64,000 nucleotides of DNA from Squalus acanthias (taxonomy: Eukaryota): NCBI GenBank assembly GCA_030390025.1, contig CM059430.1:72478001-72542000 (forward strand). Direction: 5' to 3'. The translations under genes were made by a program, and so were the position numbers. Position 1 is the stretch's first letter. The number at the start of each line of letters is the position of its first letter. The notes below the pieces were generated by a model that had not been told where the DNA came from, did no database searches, and worked only from the letters and a program-made list of their open reading frames with translations. Below are positions 10,730 through 24,363 of this stretch, piece by piece.

Positions 10730-12328
10730 CATAGGATCATATAGCACAGTTGGAGGCCATTTGGCCCATCGTCTCTGTGTCGGCTCTCTGAAACAGCTAC
10801 CAATTAATTCCACCCTATACACTTGCACAATATCCCTGCAAATGGCCTTTTCAAGTATTTATCCAATTCTATTTTGAAATTACTATTGAATCGAATTCCA
10901 CCATCCTTTCAGTCAATGAATTCCAGTTCATAACAACTCGCTGAGTAAAATAAATTCTCAGCATCTCCCCCCTGGCTCCCCCCCCCCCCCCAATTATCTT
11001 AAATCTGTGTCCTGGTTACCGACCATCCGTCCTGTGGAAACAGTTTCTCCCGATCTACTCTATCAAAAGCGCCTCAATTTTAAACACCTTTATTACATCT
11101 CCTCCCTTAACGTTCTTTGCCCTAAGGAGAATTATCCCAGATCCTCTAGTCTCTCTAGATAACTGAATGTTCTCCATTCCTGCTAATATTCTGGTAAATC
11201 TCCTCTGCACCGTCCCCAGGCCTTGACATTCTTTCTAAAGTCTGGTGCCCAGACTTGAAAACAAATACTCTGAATGACGTCTAACCAGTGAATTATTATC
11301 TTTTACCATAACTTCCTTGTTTTTGTACTCTATGCCTCTACTTAAAAAGCCCCGTATGTTTTTGCAACGCTTTTGAACTTGTCCTGCCATCTCCAGAAAT
11401 TTGTATATGTGAAACCTTAGGTCTCGCTGTTGCTGCAACCCATTAACATTTTACCATTGCGTTTACATTGCCTTACCTCGTTTTTCCTTCCAAAATGCAT
11501 CAATTCACACCCGTCTGCATTAAATTTCATCTGGCTCGCTTCTGCCCATTTCACAAGTCTGTCTATGTCCTCCTAAATTCAGCTATTATAATCTTCGCTG
11601 TTTTCTACACTTACAAGCTTTGGGTCATCCACAAAATTTTAAATTATGCATCTAACCAAGTCCAGGTAATTATTATATCAAATGAGCAGTGGTTCTAATA
11701 CCGACCCCTGCGGGACACCACTGTATACGTCCCTCCAGTGTGAAAAAAACCCGTTCACCGCTGCTCTCTGCTTTCTGTCTCTTAGCCTTTTGGTGTCCGC
11801 GCTGTAACTGCCCCTTTACTCCCATGGGCTTTAATTTTGCTAACAAGTCTATCATGTGTTGATTTATTAAAGTTCTTCTGAAAGTCCATATACACAACAG
11901 CAACTGGATTACCTTCATTAAACACTCTCCGTTATTTCATCAAAGAACTCAATCAAGTAGGTCAGACACGATTTGTCTTTAAGAAATCCGTGTTGGCTGT
12001 CGTTTATTAAACCATGTTCTCCAAGTGACAATTAATTTGTTTCGGATTATTGTCTCCCGAAGTTTTCCCAATAGCAATGCTAGGCTGACTTGCCAATAGA
12101 TATCTAGTTTACCTCGCTCCCCTTATTTTGAACAGGCGTGTAACATTTGCAGCCTTCCAGTGTTCTTTATCCGCTCCCATTTACAAGGGGGATTGAAATA
12201 TTGTGACCAGAGCCTCCGTTATTTCCACCCTTACTTTGCTCAGCAGTTTAGGACGCATCACATCCGTACTGGGTACCTATTCTACTTTGAGTGCTGCTAA
12301 TCGTTTCAGTATCTGCTCTTTATCTATT
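10730..12328 (-). mobile_element. Degenerate CR1 LINE fragment (RT to 3' end), minus strand
   Basis: Broken RT peptides GFLSRGIEYKNKEVM..LVRRHSEY and a SGVPQGSVL-encoding segment at 11697-11723. The CR1-type 3' end appears in reverse at ~10730 (CATAGGATCATATAGCACAG..GGCCATTTGGCCCATC). Confidence 0.85.
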
Positions 12329-12713
12329 ACCTGGCACTTGTGTGGCACGAATGTTACCTGCCACTTATCAGCCCAAGCTCGAATGTCATCCAGCTCTTAC
12401 TGCATGCGGGCATGGACTGCTTCATTATCTGTGGAGTTCGGAATAGCGCTGAACACTGTGCAGTCATTAGCGAACATAACCACTTCTGACCTTATGATGA
12501 AGCAGCTGAAGATGGCTGGGCCTAGGGCACTGCCCTGAGGAACTCCTGCTGCGATATCCTGGGGCTATAATGATTTACCTCCAAACACCATAACCATCTT
12601 CCTTTGTGCTAGCTATGACTCCAGCCAGCGGAGTGTTTTCCCCCCGGTTCCCATTGACTTCAGTTTTACTAGGGTCCCGTGATGCCAAACTCGCTCGAAT
12701 GCTGCCTTGATGT
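12329..12713 (-). mobile_element. LINE RT-core fragment of a second CR1/L2-group family
   Basis: The reverse complement of 12517-12546 encodes GVPQGSALGP. It abuts the CR1 fragment with an abrupt sequence change. Confidence 0.75.
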
Positions 12714-13089
12714 AATTCTATTTAGAACTTTAAGCGACTGATACTTTCATGTCTGGACCTGCATTGCATTGGGACATTATTCAGAATGTGTCTTTTAACT
12801 GTCATTAACTGAGAAATGGATGTAGGTGAGTAACTGAGTTTGTAATACTGAGCTGGGGGTGAATTAAATTATCCTTGGGCGAAAAGCAGGTGATAATGAT
12901 TTGACAGAAGTCCATACAAAAAAAAGTATAGCAAGGTGAAAAACCGAATACTGATTCACAATCACCCGATTGTCGCCGGAGGCCAAAAAGATGAAATGAC
13001 TTTCGATTGAGAGGTAGGTGGGGTTGATTAATAGTGAATGAGAGATGGGTGTGTAAATTAACAGGAAAGGGAGATAGGTGTGCAAAGTA

Positions 13090-16000
13090 AAACTGAGTGA
13101 GAGATGGATGTCTGCGTCACATTGAGTGTGAGATGGGTGTGAGATTAACATTGAGTGAGAGATGGGTGTGGGAGAAAGAGTGAGTGAGAGATGGGTGTGT
13201 GAGTAAGGCTGAGTAAGAGATGCGTGTGTGAGTAAGAGTGAATGAGAGATGGGTGTGTGAGTAACAGTGAGTGAGAGATGGGTGTGTGAGTAAGGGTGAG
13301 TGAGAGATAGGTGTGTGAGTAAGAGTGAGTGAGAGATGGGTGTGTGAGTAACAGTGAGTGAGAGATGGGTGGGAGAGTCACAGTGAGTGAGAGATGGGCG
13401 TGAGAATAACAGTGACTGAGAGATGGGTGTGAGAGCAACAGTGACTGAGAGATGGGGGTGAGAGTAAGAGTGAGTGAGAGATGGGTGTGAGATTAACAGT
13501 GCGTGAGAGATGGGTGTGAGAGTCACAGCGAGTGAGAGATTGGTGTATGAGTAAGTCTGAGTGAGAGATGGGTGCGTGATTAAGAGTGAGTGAGAGATGA
13601 GTGTGAGAGTAACAATGAGTGAGAGATAGGTGTGAGAGTAACAGTGAGTGAGAGATGTGTGTGAGAGTAACAGTGAGTGAGAGATGGGTGTGAGAGTAAG
13701 AGTGAGTGAGAGATGGGTTTAAGAGTAACAGTGAGTGAGAGATGGGTGTGTGAGTCACAGTGAGTGAGAGATGGGTGTGTGAGTAACAGTGAGTGAGAGA
13801 TGGGTGTGAGAGTAATATTGAGTGAGAGATGGGTGGGTGATTAAGAGTGAGTGAGAGATGGGTGTGTGAGTAAGAGTGAGTGAGAGATGGGTGTGTGAGT
13901 AACAGTGAGTGAGAGATGGTTGTGAGAGCAACATTGAGTGAGCGATGGTTGTGAGAGTAACATTGAGTGAGAGATGGTTGTGAGAGCAACAGTGAGTGAG
14001 AGATGGTTGTGAGAGTAACATTGAGTTAGAGATGGGTATGTGAGTAAGAGTGAGTGAGAGATGGGTGTGTAAGTCACAGTGAGTGGGAGATGGGTGTGAG
14101 GGTATCAGTGATTGAGAGATGGGTGTGAGATTAACAGTGCATGAGAGATGGGTGTGTAAAGTAACAGTGAGTGAGAGATGGGTGTGTGATTACGATTGAG
14201 TGAGAGATGGGTGTGAGATTCATGGTGAGTGAGAGATGCGTGTGAGAGTAAGTGTGAGTGAGAGATGGGTGTGTGAGTAAGAGTGAGTGAGAGATGGGTG
14301 TGTGAGTCACAGTGAGTGAGAGATTGCTGTGAGTGTAACAGTGAGTGAGAGATGGGTGTGTGAGTCACAGTGAGTGAGAGATGGGTGTGGGAGTAACAGT
14401 GAGTGAGAGATTGGTGTGTGATTACGATTGAGTGAGAGATGGGTGTGTGAGTAACAGTGAGTGAGGGATGGGTGTGAGAGTAATATTGAGTGAGAGATGG
14501 GTGGGTGATTAAGAGTGAGTGAGAGATGGGTGTGTGAGTAAGAGTGAGTGAGAGATGGGTGTGTGAGTAACATTGAGTGAGAGATGGTTGTGAGAGTAAC
14601 ATTGAGTGAGAGATGGTTGTGAGAGTAAGAGTGCGTGAGAGATGGGTGTGTGAGTAAGAGTGAGTGAGAGATGGGTTTGAGAGTCACAGTGAGTGACAGA
14701 TGGGTGTGAGAGCAACATTGAGTGAGAGATGGTTGTGAGAGTATCATTGAGTGAGAGATGGGTGTGTGAGTAAGAGTGAGTGAGAGATGGGTGTGTGAGT
14801 AACAGTGAGCGGGAGATGGGTGTGAGAGTAACTGAGTGAGAAATGGTTGTGAGAGTAACATTGAGTGAGAGATGGGTGTGAGAGTAACATTGAGTGAGAG
14901 ATGGGTGTGAGAGCAAAAGTGAGTGAGAGATGGGTGTGAGAGTAACAGTGAGTGAGAGATGGTTGTGAGAGTAACATTGAGTGAGAGTTGGGTGTGAGAG
15001 TAAGAATGTGTGAGAGATGGGTGTGAGAAAAACTGTGCGTGAGAGATGGGTGTGTGAGTAACAGTGAGTGAGAGATGGCTGTGAGAGTGACATTGAGTGA
15101 GAGATGGTTGTGAGAGCAACAGTGAGTGAGAGATGGTTGTGAGAGTAACATTGAGTGAGAGATGGTTGTGTGAGTAAGAGTGAGTGAGAGGTGGGTGTGT
15201 AAAGTAACAGTGAGTGAGAAATGGGTGTGTGAGTAAGAGTGAGTGTGAGATGGGTGTGTGAGTCACGGCGAGTGAGAGATGGGTGTGAGAGCAACATTGA
15301 GTGAGAGATGGTTGTGTGAGTAAGAGTGAGCAAGAGGTGGGTGTGTCAAGTAACAGTGAGTGAGAGATGGGTGTGTAAATAAAAGTGATTGAGAGATGAG
15401 TGTGTAAAGTAACAGTGAGTGAGAGATGGGTGTGTAAAGTATCAGTGAGTGAGAGATAGGTGTGTCAACGAACAGTGAGTGAGGGCTGGGTTTGTAAATT
15501 AACACTGAGTGAGCGATTCGTGTTTAAAGTAAGTGAGTGAGGGAAGGGTGTGTATAGTAACAGTGAGTGAGAGTAAGATGCTTAAAGGAACAGTGAGTGA
15601 AAGATGGGTGAGTAAAGGAAAAGTGATTGAGCGATGTGTGTGTAAATAAACAGTGAGTGTGAGATGGGTGTGTGAATAACATTGAGTGAGAGATGGGTGA
15701 GGGAGTAAGAGTGAGTGACTGATGGGTGTGTGAGTAAGGATGAGTGAGACATGGGTGTCTGAGTAAATGAGTGAGAACTGGATGTGTGAGCAAGGGTGAG
15801 TGAGAGATGGATGTGTGAGTAACAGTGAGTGAGAGATGGACATAAGAGTAACAGTGAGTGAGAGATGGGTGTGTGAAAAACAGTGAGTGAGAGATGGGTG
15901 TGAGAGTAACAGTGAGTGAGAGATGGGTGTGAGAGTAAAATTGAGTTAGAGATGGGTGTGTGAGTAACAGTGAATGTGAGATGGGTGTGAGAGTAAAGTG

Positions 16001-17300
16001 AGTGAGAGATGGGTGTGAGAGTAAAAGTGAGTGAGAGATGGTTGTGAGAGTAACATTGAGTGAGAGATGGTTGTGAGAGTAACATTGAGTGAGAGATGGG
16101 TGTATGTGTAACAGTGAGTGAGAGATGGGTGTGAGAGTAAAAGTGAGTGAGTGATGGGTGTATGTGTAACAGTGAGTGAGAGATGGTTGTGAGAGCAACA
16201 TTGAGTGAGCGATGGTTGTGAGAGTAACATTGAGTGAGAGATGGTTGTGAGAGCAACAGTGAGTGAGAGATGGTTGTGAGAGTAACATTGAGTTAGAGAT
16301 GGGTATGTGAGTAAGAGTGAGTGAGAGATGGGTGTGTAAGTCACAGTGAGTGGGAGATGGGTGTGAGGGTATCAGTGATTGAGAGATGGGTGTGAGATTA
16401 ACAGTGCATGAGAGACGGGTGTGTAAAGTAACAGTGAGTGAGAGATGGGTGTGTGATTACGATTGAGTGAGAGATGGGTGTGAGATTCATGGTGAGTGAG
16501 AGATGCGTGTGAGAGTAAGTGTGAGTGAGAGATGGGTGTGTGAGTAAGAGTGAGTGAGAGATGGGTGTGTGAGTCACAGTGAGTGAGAGATTGCTGTGAG
16601 TGTAACAGTGAGTGAGAGATGGGTGTGTGAGTCACAGTGAGTGAGAGATGGGTGTGGGAGTAACAGTGAGTCAGAGATGGGTGTGAGAGTAATAGTGAGT
16701 CAGAGATGGGTTTGTGATTAACAGTGATTGAGAGATGGGTGTGAAATTAATAGTGAGTGAGAGATGGGTGTGAGAGTCACAGTGAGTGAGAGATGGGTGT
16801 GTGAGTAACAGTGAGTGAGAGATGGGTGTGAGATTAACATTGAGTGAGAGATGGGTGTGAGAGTCACAGTGAGTGAGAGATATGTGTGTGAGTAACAGTG
16901 AGTGAGAGATGGGTGTGTGATTAACAGTGAGTGAGAGATGGGTGTGAGATTCACAGTGAATGAGAGATGGGTGTGAGAGCAACAGTGAATGAGAGATGGG
17001 TGTGTGAGTAACAGTGAGTGAGAGATGGGTGTGAGAGTTACAGTGAGTGAGAGATGGGTGTGCGAGCAACAGTGAGTGAGAGATGGGTGTGAGAGTCACA
17101 GTGAGTGACAGATGGGTGTGTGAGTAACAGTGAGTGAGAGATGGGTGTGTGATTAACAATGAGTGAGAGATGGGTGTGAGAGTTACAGTGAGTGTGAGAT
17201 GGGAGTGTGATTAACAGTGAGTGAGAGATGGGTGTGAGAGCAACAGTGAGTGAGAGATGGGTGTGTGAGTAAGAGTGAGTGAGAGATGGGTTTGTAAAGT
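13090..17300. repeat. Satellite domain A, predominantly 29-bp monomer GTAACAGTGAGTGAGAGATGGGTGTGTGA
   Basis: Unit starts at 13261 and 13290, and the register slips 2 nt per 60-nt line. There is a 30-mer-rich patch near 15,330-15,680 and an internal duplication offset by 2267 bp (identical ORF ends 14021/16288, 14077/16344). Confidence 0.9.
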
Positions 17301-20300
17301 AACAATAAGTGAGAGATGGGTGTGCGAGTACGAGTGATTGTTAGATGGGTGTGTGAGTAAGTGTGAGTGAGACATAGGTGTGTAAAGAAATAATGAGTGA
17401 GAGATGGCTGTGTGCGTTACAATAAGTGAGAGATTGGTGTGTAAAGGAACATTGAGTGAGAGATTAGTGTGTAAAGGAACAGTGAGTGAGAGATTGGTAT
17501 GTAAATGAAGATTGAGGGCGAGATTGGTGTGAGAGTCATATTGAGTGAGCGATGGGTGTGTAAATTAGCAGTGAGTGCGAGATGGGTGGGTAAAGGAACA
17601 ATTAGTGAGTGATGGGTGTGTAAAGAAATAGTGAGTGAGAGATGGGTGTGTAAAGGAACAGTGAATGAGAGATATGTGTATAAGGTAACTGTGGGTGTGA
17701 GATGGATGTGTAAAGTAGCAGTGATTGAGAGATATGTGTGTAAAGTAACAGTGAGTGAGATATTGATGTGTAAAGGAACAATGAGTGAGAGATAGGCGAG
17801 TAAAGGAACAGTGAGTGAGAGATTAATTTGTAAAGGACCAGTGAGTGAGAGGTTGGTATGTAAAGGAACAGTGAGTGAGAGATTGATGTGTACAAGAACA
17901 GTGAGTGAGAGATTGGTGTGCAAAGGAACAGTGAGTGAGAGATTGTAGTGAGTCAAAATATGTGAGAGAAGGGTGTTTAAAGGAACAGTGAGTTAGAGTT
18001 GGGTGTGTAAAGGAACAGTGAGTGAGAAATGGGTATGTAAATGAACAGTGAGTGAGAGATGTCTGTGGAAAGGAACAGTGAGTGACAGATGATTCGGTGA
18101 GTAACGGTGAGTGAGAGATGGGTGTGAGAGTCACAGTGAGTGAGAGATGGGTGTGTGAGTAACAGTGAGTGAGAGATGGGTGTGAGATTAACATTGAGTG
18201 AGAGATGGGTGTGAGAGTCACAGTGAGTGAGAGATATGTGTGTGAGTAACAGTGAGTGAGAGATGGGTGTGTGATTAACAGTGAGTGAGAGATGGGTGTG
18301 TGATTAACAATGAGTGAGGGATGGGTGTGAGATTCACAGTGAATGAGAGATGGGTGTGAGAGCAACAGTGAGTGAGAGATGGGTGTGTGAGTAACAGTGA
18401 GTGAGAGATGGGTGTGAGAGTTACAGTGAGTGAGAGATGGGTGTGTGAGCAACAGTGAGTGAGAGATGGGTGTGAGAGTCACAGTGAGTGACAGATGGGT
18501 GTGTGAGTAACAGTGAGTGAGAGATGGGTGTGTGATTAACAATGAGTGAGAGATGGGTGTGAGAGTTACAGTGAGTGTGAGATGGGAGTGTGATTAACAG
18601 TGAGTGAGAGATGGGTGTGAGAGCAACAGTGAGTGAGAGATGGGTGTGTGAGTAAGAGTGAGTGAGAGATGGGTTTGTAAAGTAACAATAAGTGAGAGAT
18701 GGGTGTGCGAGTACGCGTAATTGTTAGATGGGTGTGTGAGTAAGTGTGAGTGAGACATAGGTGTGTAAAGAAATAATGAGTGAGAGATGGCTGTGTGCGT
18801 TACAATAAGTGAGAGATTGGTGTGTAAAGGAACAGTGAGTGAGAGATTGGTGTGTAAATGAAGATTGAGGGCCAGATTGGTGTGAGAGTCATATTGAGTG
18901 AGCGATGGGTGTGTAAATTAGCAGTGAGTGCGAGATGGTAGGGTAAAGGAACAATTAGTGAGTGATGGGTGTGTAAAGAAATAGTGAGTGAGAGATGGGT
19001 GTGTAAAGGAACAGTGAATGAGAGATATGTGTATAAGGTAACTGTGGGTGTGAGATGGATGTGTAAAGTAGCAGTGATTGAGAGATATGTGTGTAAAGTA
19101 ACAGTGAGTGAGATATTGATGTGTAAAGGAACAATGAGTGAGAGATAGGCGAGTAAAGGAACAGTGAGTGAGAGATTAATTTGTAAAGGACCAGTGAGTG
19201 AGAGGTTGGTATGTAAAGGAACAGTGAGTGAGAGATTGATGTGTACAAGAACAGTGAGTGAGAGATTGGTGTGCAAAGGAACAGTGAGTGAGAGATTGTA
19301 GTGAGTCAAAATATGTGAGAGAAGGGTGTTTAAAGGAACAGTGAGTTAGAGATGGGTGTGTAAAGGAACAGTGAGTGAGAAATGGGTATGTAAATGAACA
19401 GTGAGTGAGAGATGTCTGTGGAAAGGAACAGTGAGTGACAGATGATTCGGTGAGTAACGGTGAGTGAGAGATGGGTGTGAGAGTCACAGTGAGTGAGAGA
19501 TGGGTGTGTGAGTAACAGTGAGTGAGAGATGGGTGTGAGATTAACATTGAGTGAGAGATGGGTGTGAGAGTCACAGTGAGTGAGAGATATGTGTGTGAGT
19601 AACAGTGAGTGAGAGATGGGTGTGTGATTAACAGTGAGTGAGAGATGGGTGTGTGATTAACAATGAGTGAGGGATGGGTGTGAGATTCACAGTGAATGAG
19701 AGATGGGTGTGAGAGCAACAGTGAGTGAGAGATGGGTGTGTGAGTAACAGTGAGTGAGAGATGGGTGTGAGAGTTACAGTGAGTGAGAGATGGGTGTGTG
19801 AGCAACAGTGAGTGAGAGATGGGTGTGAGAGTCACAGTGAGTGACAGATGGGTGTGTGAGTAACAGTGAGTGAGAGATGGGTGTGTGATTAACAATGAGT
19901 GAGAGATGGGTGTGAGAGTTACAGTGAGTGTGCGATGGGAGTGTGATTAACAGTGAGTGAGAGATGGGTGTGAGAGCAACAGTGAGTGAGAGATGGGTGT
20001 GTGAGTAAGAGTGAGTGAGAGATGGGTTTGTAAAGTAACAATAAGTGAGAGATGGGTGTGCGAGTACGCGTAATTGTTAGATGGGTGTGTGAGTAAGTGT
20101 GAGTGAGACATAGGTGTGTAAAGAAATAATGAGTGAGAGATGGCTGTGTGCGTTACAATAAGTGAGAGATTGGTGTGTAAAGGAACAGTGAGTGAGAGAT
20201 TGGTGTTTAAATGAAGATTGAGGGCGAGATTGGTGTGAGAGTCATATTGAGTGAGCGATGGGTGTGTAAATTAGCAGTGAGTGCGAGATGGGTGGGTAAA

Positions 20301-22190
20301 GGAACAATTAGTGAGTGATGGGTGTGTAAAGAAATAGTGAGTGAGAGATGGGTGTGTAAAGGAACAGTGAATGAGAGATATGTGTATAAGGTAACTGTGG
20401 GTGTGAGATGGATGTGTAAAGTAGCAGTGATTGAGAGATATGTGTGTAAAGTAACAGTGAGTGAGATATTGATGTGTAAAGGAACAATGAGTGAGAGATA
20501 GGCGAGTAAAGGAACAGTGAGTGAGAGATTAATTTGTAAAGGACCAGTGAGTGAGAGGTTGGTATGTAAAGGAACAGTGAGTGAGAGATTGATGTGTACA
20601 AGAACAGTGAGTGAGAGATTGGTGTGCAAAGGAACAGTGAGTGAGAGATTGTAGTGAGTCAAAATATGTGAGAGAAGGGTGTTTAAAGGAACAGTGAGTT
20701 AGAGATGGGTGTGTAAAGGAACAGTGAGTGAGAAATGGGTATGTAAATGAACAGTGAGTGAGAGATGTCTGTGGAAAGGAACAGTGAGTGACAGATGATT
20801 CGGTGAGTAACGGTGAGTGAGAGATGGGTGTGAGAGTCACAGTGAGTGAGAGATGGGTGTGTGAGTAACAGTGAGTGAGAGATGGGTGTGAGATTAACAT
20901 TGAGTGAGAGATGGGTGTGAGAGTCACAGTGAGTGAGAGATATGTGTGTGAGTAACAGTGAGTGAGAGATGGGTGTGTGATTAACAGTGAGTGAGAGATG
21001 GGTGTGTGATTAACAATGAGTGAGGGATGGGTGTGAGATTCACAGTGAATGAGAGATGGGTGTGAGAGCAACAGTGAGTGAGAGATGGGTGTGTGAGTAA
21101 CAGTGAGTGAGAGATGGGTGTGAGAGTTACAGTGAGTGAGAGATGGGTGTGTGAGCAACAGTGAGTGAGAGATGGGTGTGAGAGTCACAGTGAGTGACAG
21201 ATGGGTGTGTGAGTAACAGTGAGTGAGAGATGGGTGTGTGATTAACAATGAGTGAGAGATGGGTGTGAGAGTTACAGTGAGTGTGCGATGGGAGTGTGAT
21301 TAACAGTGAGTGAGAGATGGGTGTGAGAGCAACAGTGAGTGAGAGATGGGTGTGTGAGTAAGAGTGAGTGAGAGATGGGTTTGTAAAGTAACAATAAGTG
21401 AGAGATGGGTGTGCGAGTACGCGTAATTGTTAGATGGGTGTGTGAGTAAGTGTGAGTGAGACATAGGTGTGTAAAGAAATAATGAGTGAGAGATGGCTGT
21501 GTGCGTTACAATAAGTGAGAGATTGGTGTGTAAAGGAACAGTGAGTGAGAGATTGGTGTTTAAATGAAGATTGAGGGCGAGATTGGTGTGAGAGTCATAT
21601 TGAGTGAGCGATGGGTGTGTAAATTAGCAGTGAGTGCGAGATGGGTGGGTAAAGGAACAATTAGTGAGTGATGGGTGTGTAAAGAAATAGTGAGTGAGAG
21701 ATGGGTGTGTAAAGGAACAGTGAATGAGAGATATGTGTATAAGGTAACTGTGGGTGTGAGATGGATGTGTAAAGTAGCAGTGATTGAGAGATATGTGTGT
21801 AAAGTAACAGTGAGTGAGATATTGATGGGTAAAGGAACAATGAGTGAGAGATAGGCGAGTAAAGGAACAGTGAGTGAGAGATTAATTTGTAAAGGACCAG
21901 TGAGTGAGAGGTTGGTATGTAAAGGAACAGTGAGTGAGAGATTGATGTGTACAAGAACAGTGAGTGAGAGATTGGTGTGCAAAGGAACAGTGAGTGAGAG
22001 ATTGTAGTGAGTCAAAATATGTGAGAGAAGGGTGTTTAAAGGAACAGTGAGTTAGAGATGGGTGTGTAAAGGAACAGTGAGTGAGAAATGGGTATGTAAA
22101 TGAACAGTGAGTGAGAGATGTCTGTGGAAAGGAACAGTGAGTGACAGATGATTCGGTGAGTAACGGTGAGTGAGAGATGGGTGTGAGACT
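16750..22190. repeat. 1353-bp higher-order repeat, ~4 near-identical copies mixing 29- and 30-bp monomers
   Basis: Diagnostic GGGAGTGTGATT at 17201, 18584, 19937 and 21290 (spacing 1383, 1353, 1353). Near-identical ORFs start at 17602, 18955, 20308 and 21661. Confidence 0.92.
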
Positions 22191-23983
22191 TACAGTGAGT
22201 GAGACAATGGTGTGTAAATAAACAGTGAGTGTGGGATGGGTGTGAGAGTCACAGTGAGTCAGACATGGGTGTGTGAGTAACAGTGAGTAAGAGATGGATG
22301 TGTAGAGGACCGGTGAGTGAGAGATGGGTGTGCAAATTTACAATGAGTGAGAAATGGGTGTGTAATGTAGCAATGATCGAGAGATTGGTGTGTAAAGGCA
22401 CAGTCAGTGAGCGATTGGTGTGTAAATGAAGAGTGAGTGAGAGATGTGTGTGTAAAGTAACAGTCAGTGGATATGGGTGTGTGTATATTAACAGTGAGTG
22501 AGAGATGGGTGTGCATTGTAAGAGTTAGCGTGAGATCGGTGTGTAAAGTAGCACTGATTGAGAGATGTGTGTGTAAAGTAACAGTGAAGGAGATAAGAAA
22601 GGGTGTAAAGTAACTTAAGTGAGGGATGGGTGTGAGATTCATAGTGATTAAGAAATGGATGTGCAAAACAACAGCGAGTGAGAGATGGATGTGTAAAGTA
22701 ACAGTGAGTGAGGGATGGGTGTGCAAAGGAATTGTGAGTGAGAGATGGGTGTGTAATTGAACTGTGGGTGAGAGAAGGGTGTGAATCACAGTGAGTGATA
22801 GATGAACGTGTAAAGGAACAGTGAATGAGAGATTGGTGTGTAAAGGAACAGTGAGTGAGAGGTTGATCGGTAAAGGAACAGTGAGTAAGAGATTGGTGTG
22901 TAAAGGAACAGTGAGTGAGAGATTGGAGTGTAAAGGAACAGTGAGTGAGAGATGGAGTGTAAAGGAATAGTGAGTGAGAGATTGATGTGTAAAGGAACAG
23001 TGAATGCGAGATTGGTGTGTAAAGGAACAGTGAGTGAGAGATTGTTGTGAGTCAAAATATGTGGGAGATGGGTGTTTAAAGGAACGGTGAGTTAGAGATG
23101 GTGTGTGTAAGGGAACAGTGATTGAGAGATGGGTCTGTAAAGGAACAGTGAGTGAGAAATGGGCATGTAAATGAACAGTGAGTGAGAGATGGGTGTGGAA
23201 AGGAACAGTAAGTGAAAGATGGGTCTGTAAAGTAACAGTGAGAGGCAGACGATTCGGTGAGTAACGGTGAGTGAGAGATGGGTGTGAGACTTACAGTGAG
23301 TGAGACAATGGTGTGTAAATAAACAGTGAGTGTGGGATGGGTGTGAGAATCACAGTGAGTCAGACACGGGTGTGTGATTAACAGTGAGTAAGAGATGGAT
23401 GTGTAGAGGAACGGTGAGTGAGAGATGGGTGTGCAAATTAACAGTGAGTGAGAAATGGGTGTGTAATGTAGCAATGATCGAGAGATTGGTGTGTAACGGC
23501 ACAGTGAGTGAGCGATTGGTGTGTAAATGAAGAATGAGTTAGAGATGAGTGTGTAAAGTAACAGTGAGTGAGAGATCGGTGTGTAAAGGAACAGTGAGTG
23601 AGAGATGTGTGTGTAAAGTAACAGTCAGTGGATATGGGTGTGTGTATATTAACAGTGAGTGAGAGATGGGTGCGCATTGCAAGAGAGAGTGTGAGATCAG
23701 TGTGTAAAGTAGCACTGATTGAGAGATGTGAGCATAAAGTAACAGTGAATTACAGATGGGTGTGTAAAGTAACTTAAGTGAGGGATGGGTGTGAGATTCA
23801 TAGTGATTAAGAGATGGATGTGTAAAAGAACAGTGAGTGAGAGATGGATGTGTAAAGTAACAGTGGGTGAGGGATACGTGTGCGAAGGAATTGTGAGTGA
23901 GAGATGGGTGTGTAAATGAACTGTGGGTGAGAGAAGGGTGTGAGTCACAGTGAGTGAGAGATGAATGTTTAAAGGAACAGTGA

Positions 23984-24363
23984 TGCGGAGATGCCGGTGT
24001 TGGACTGGGGTGGACAAAAGAGGGAAGTCGCCCAACACCAGGTTACAGTCCAACAGTTTTATTTGAAATCACAAGCTTTCGGTGTGGCTGCCCCTTCGTC
24101 AGGTGAAGTGAAGGAATACGAATCGGCAAAGCATATATAGACAGAGAACAATGCATGTGTAGCGTACAATTTCAGATGACTACATTTAATCCTCCTGACT
24201 GCCTTTCATCACACCTCGGCAGAGAAACAATCAGGTCAGCCAGGAAGGCACCACATCAAATACATAGCAAGATATAACTGAGACAATGAGGTGGGGTCAC
24301 AGGGGGTGTAATGTGTCAAATGCAGCGGTCTGTTTGGAAAACCATAAACTTTAAAATTTAAAC
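23984..24363 (-). mobile_element. Non-coding PLE-terminus-like hammerhead cassette, copy 1
   Basis: 380-bp non-satellite insert flanked by TTTAAAGGAACAGTGA on both sides (23968-23983, 24364-24379). Hammerhead core at 24069-24106, with stem II mutated in this copy. Confidence 0.8.

Noticed and set aside
13379-22260. Many perfect RSS heptamers (CACAGTG) in satellite variants near an Ig-like gene
   Set aside because: No ACAAAAACC-like nonamer at 12 or 23 bp spacing, no adjacent gene segments, and the V exon is already joined. They are single-base variants of AACAGTG.
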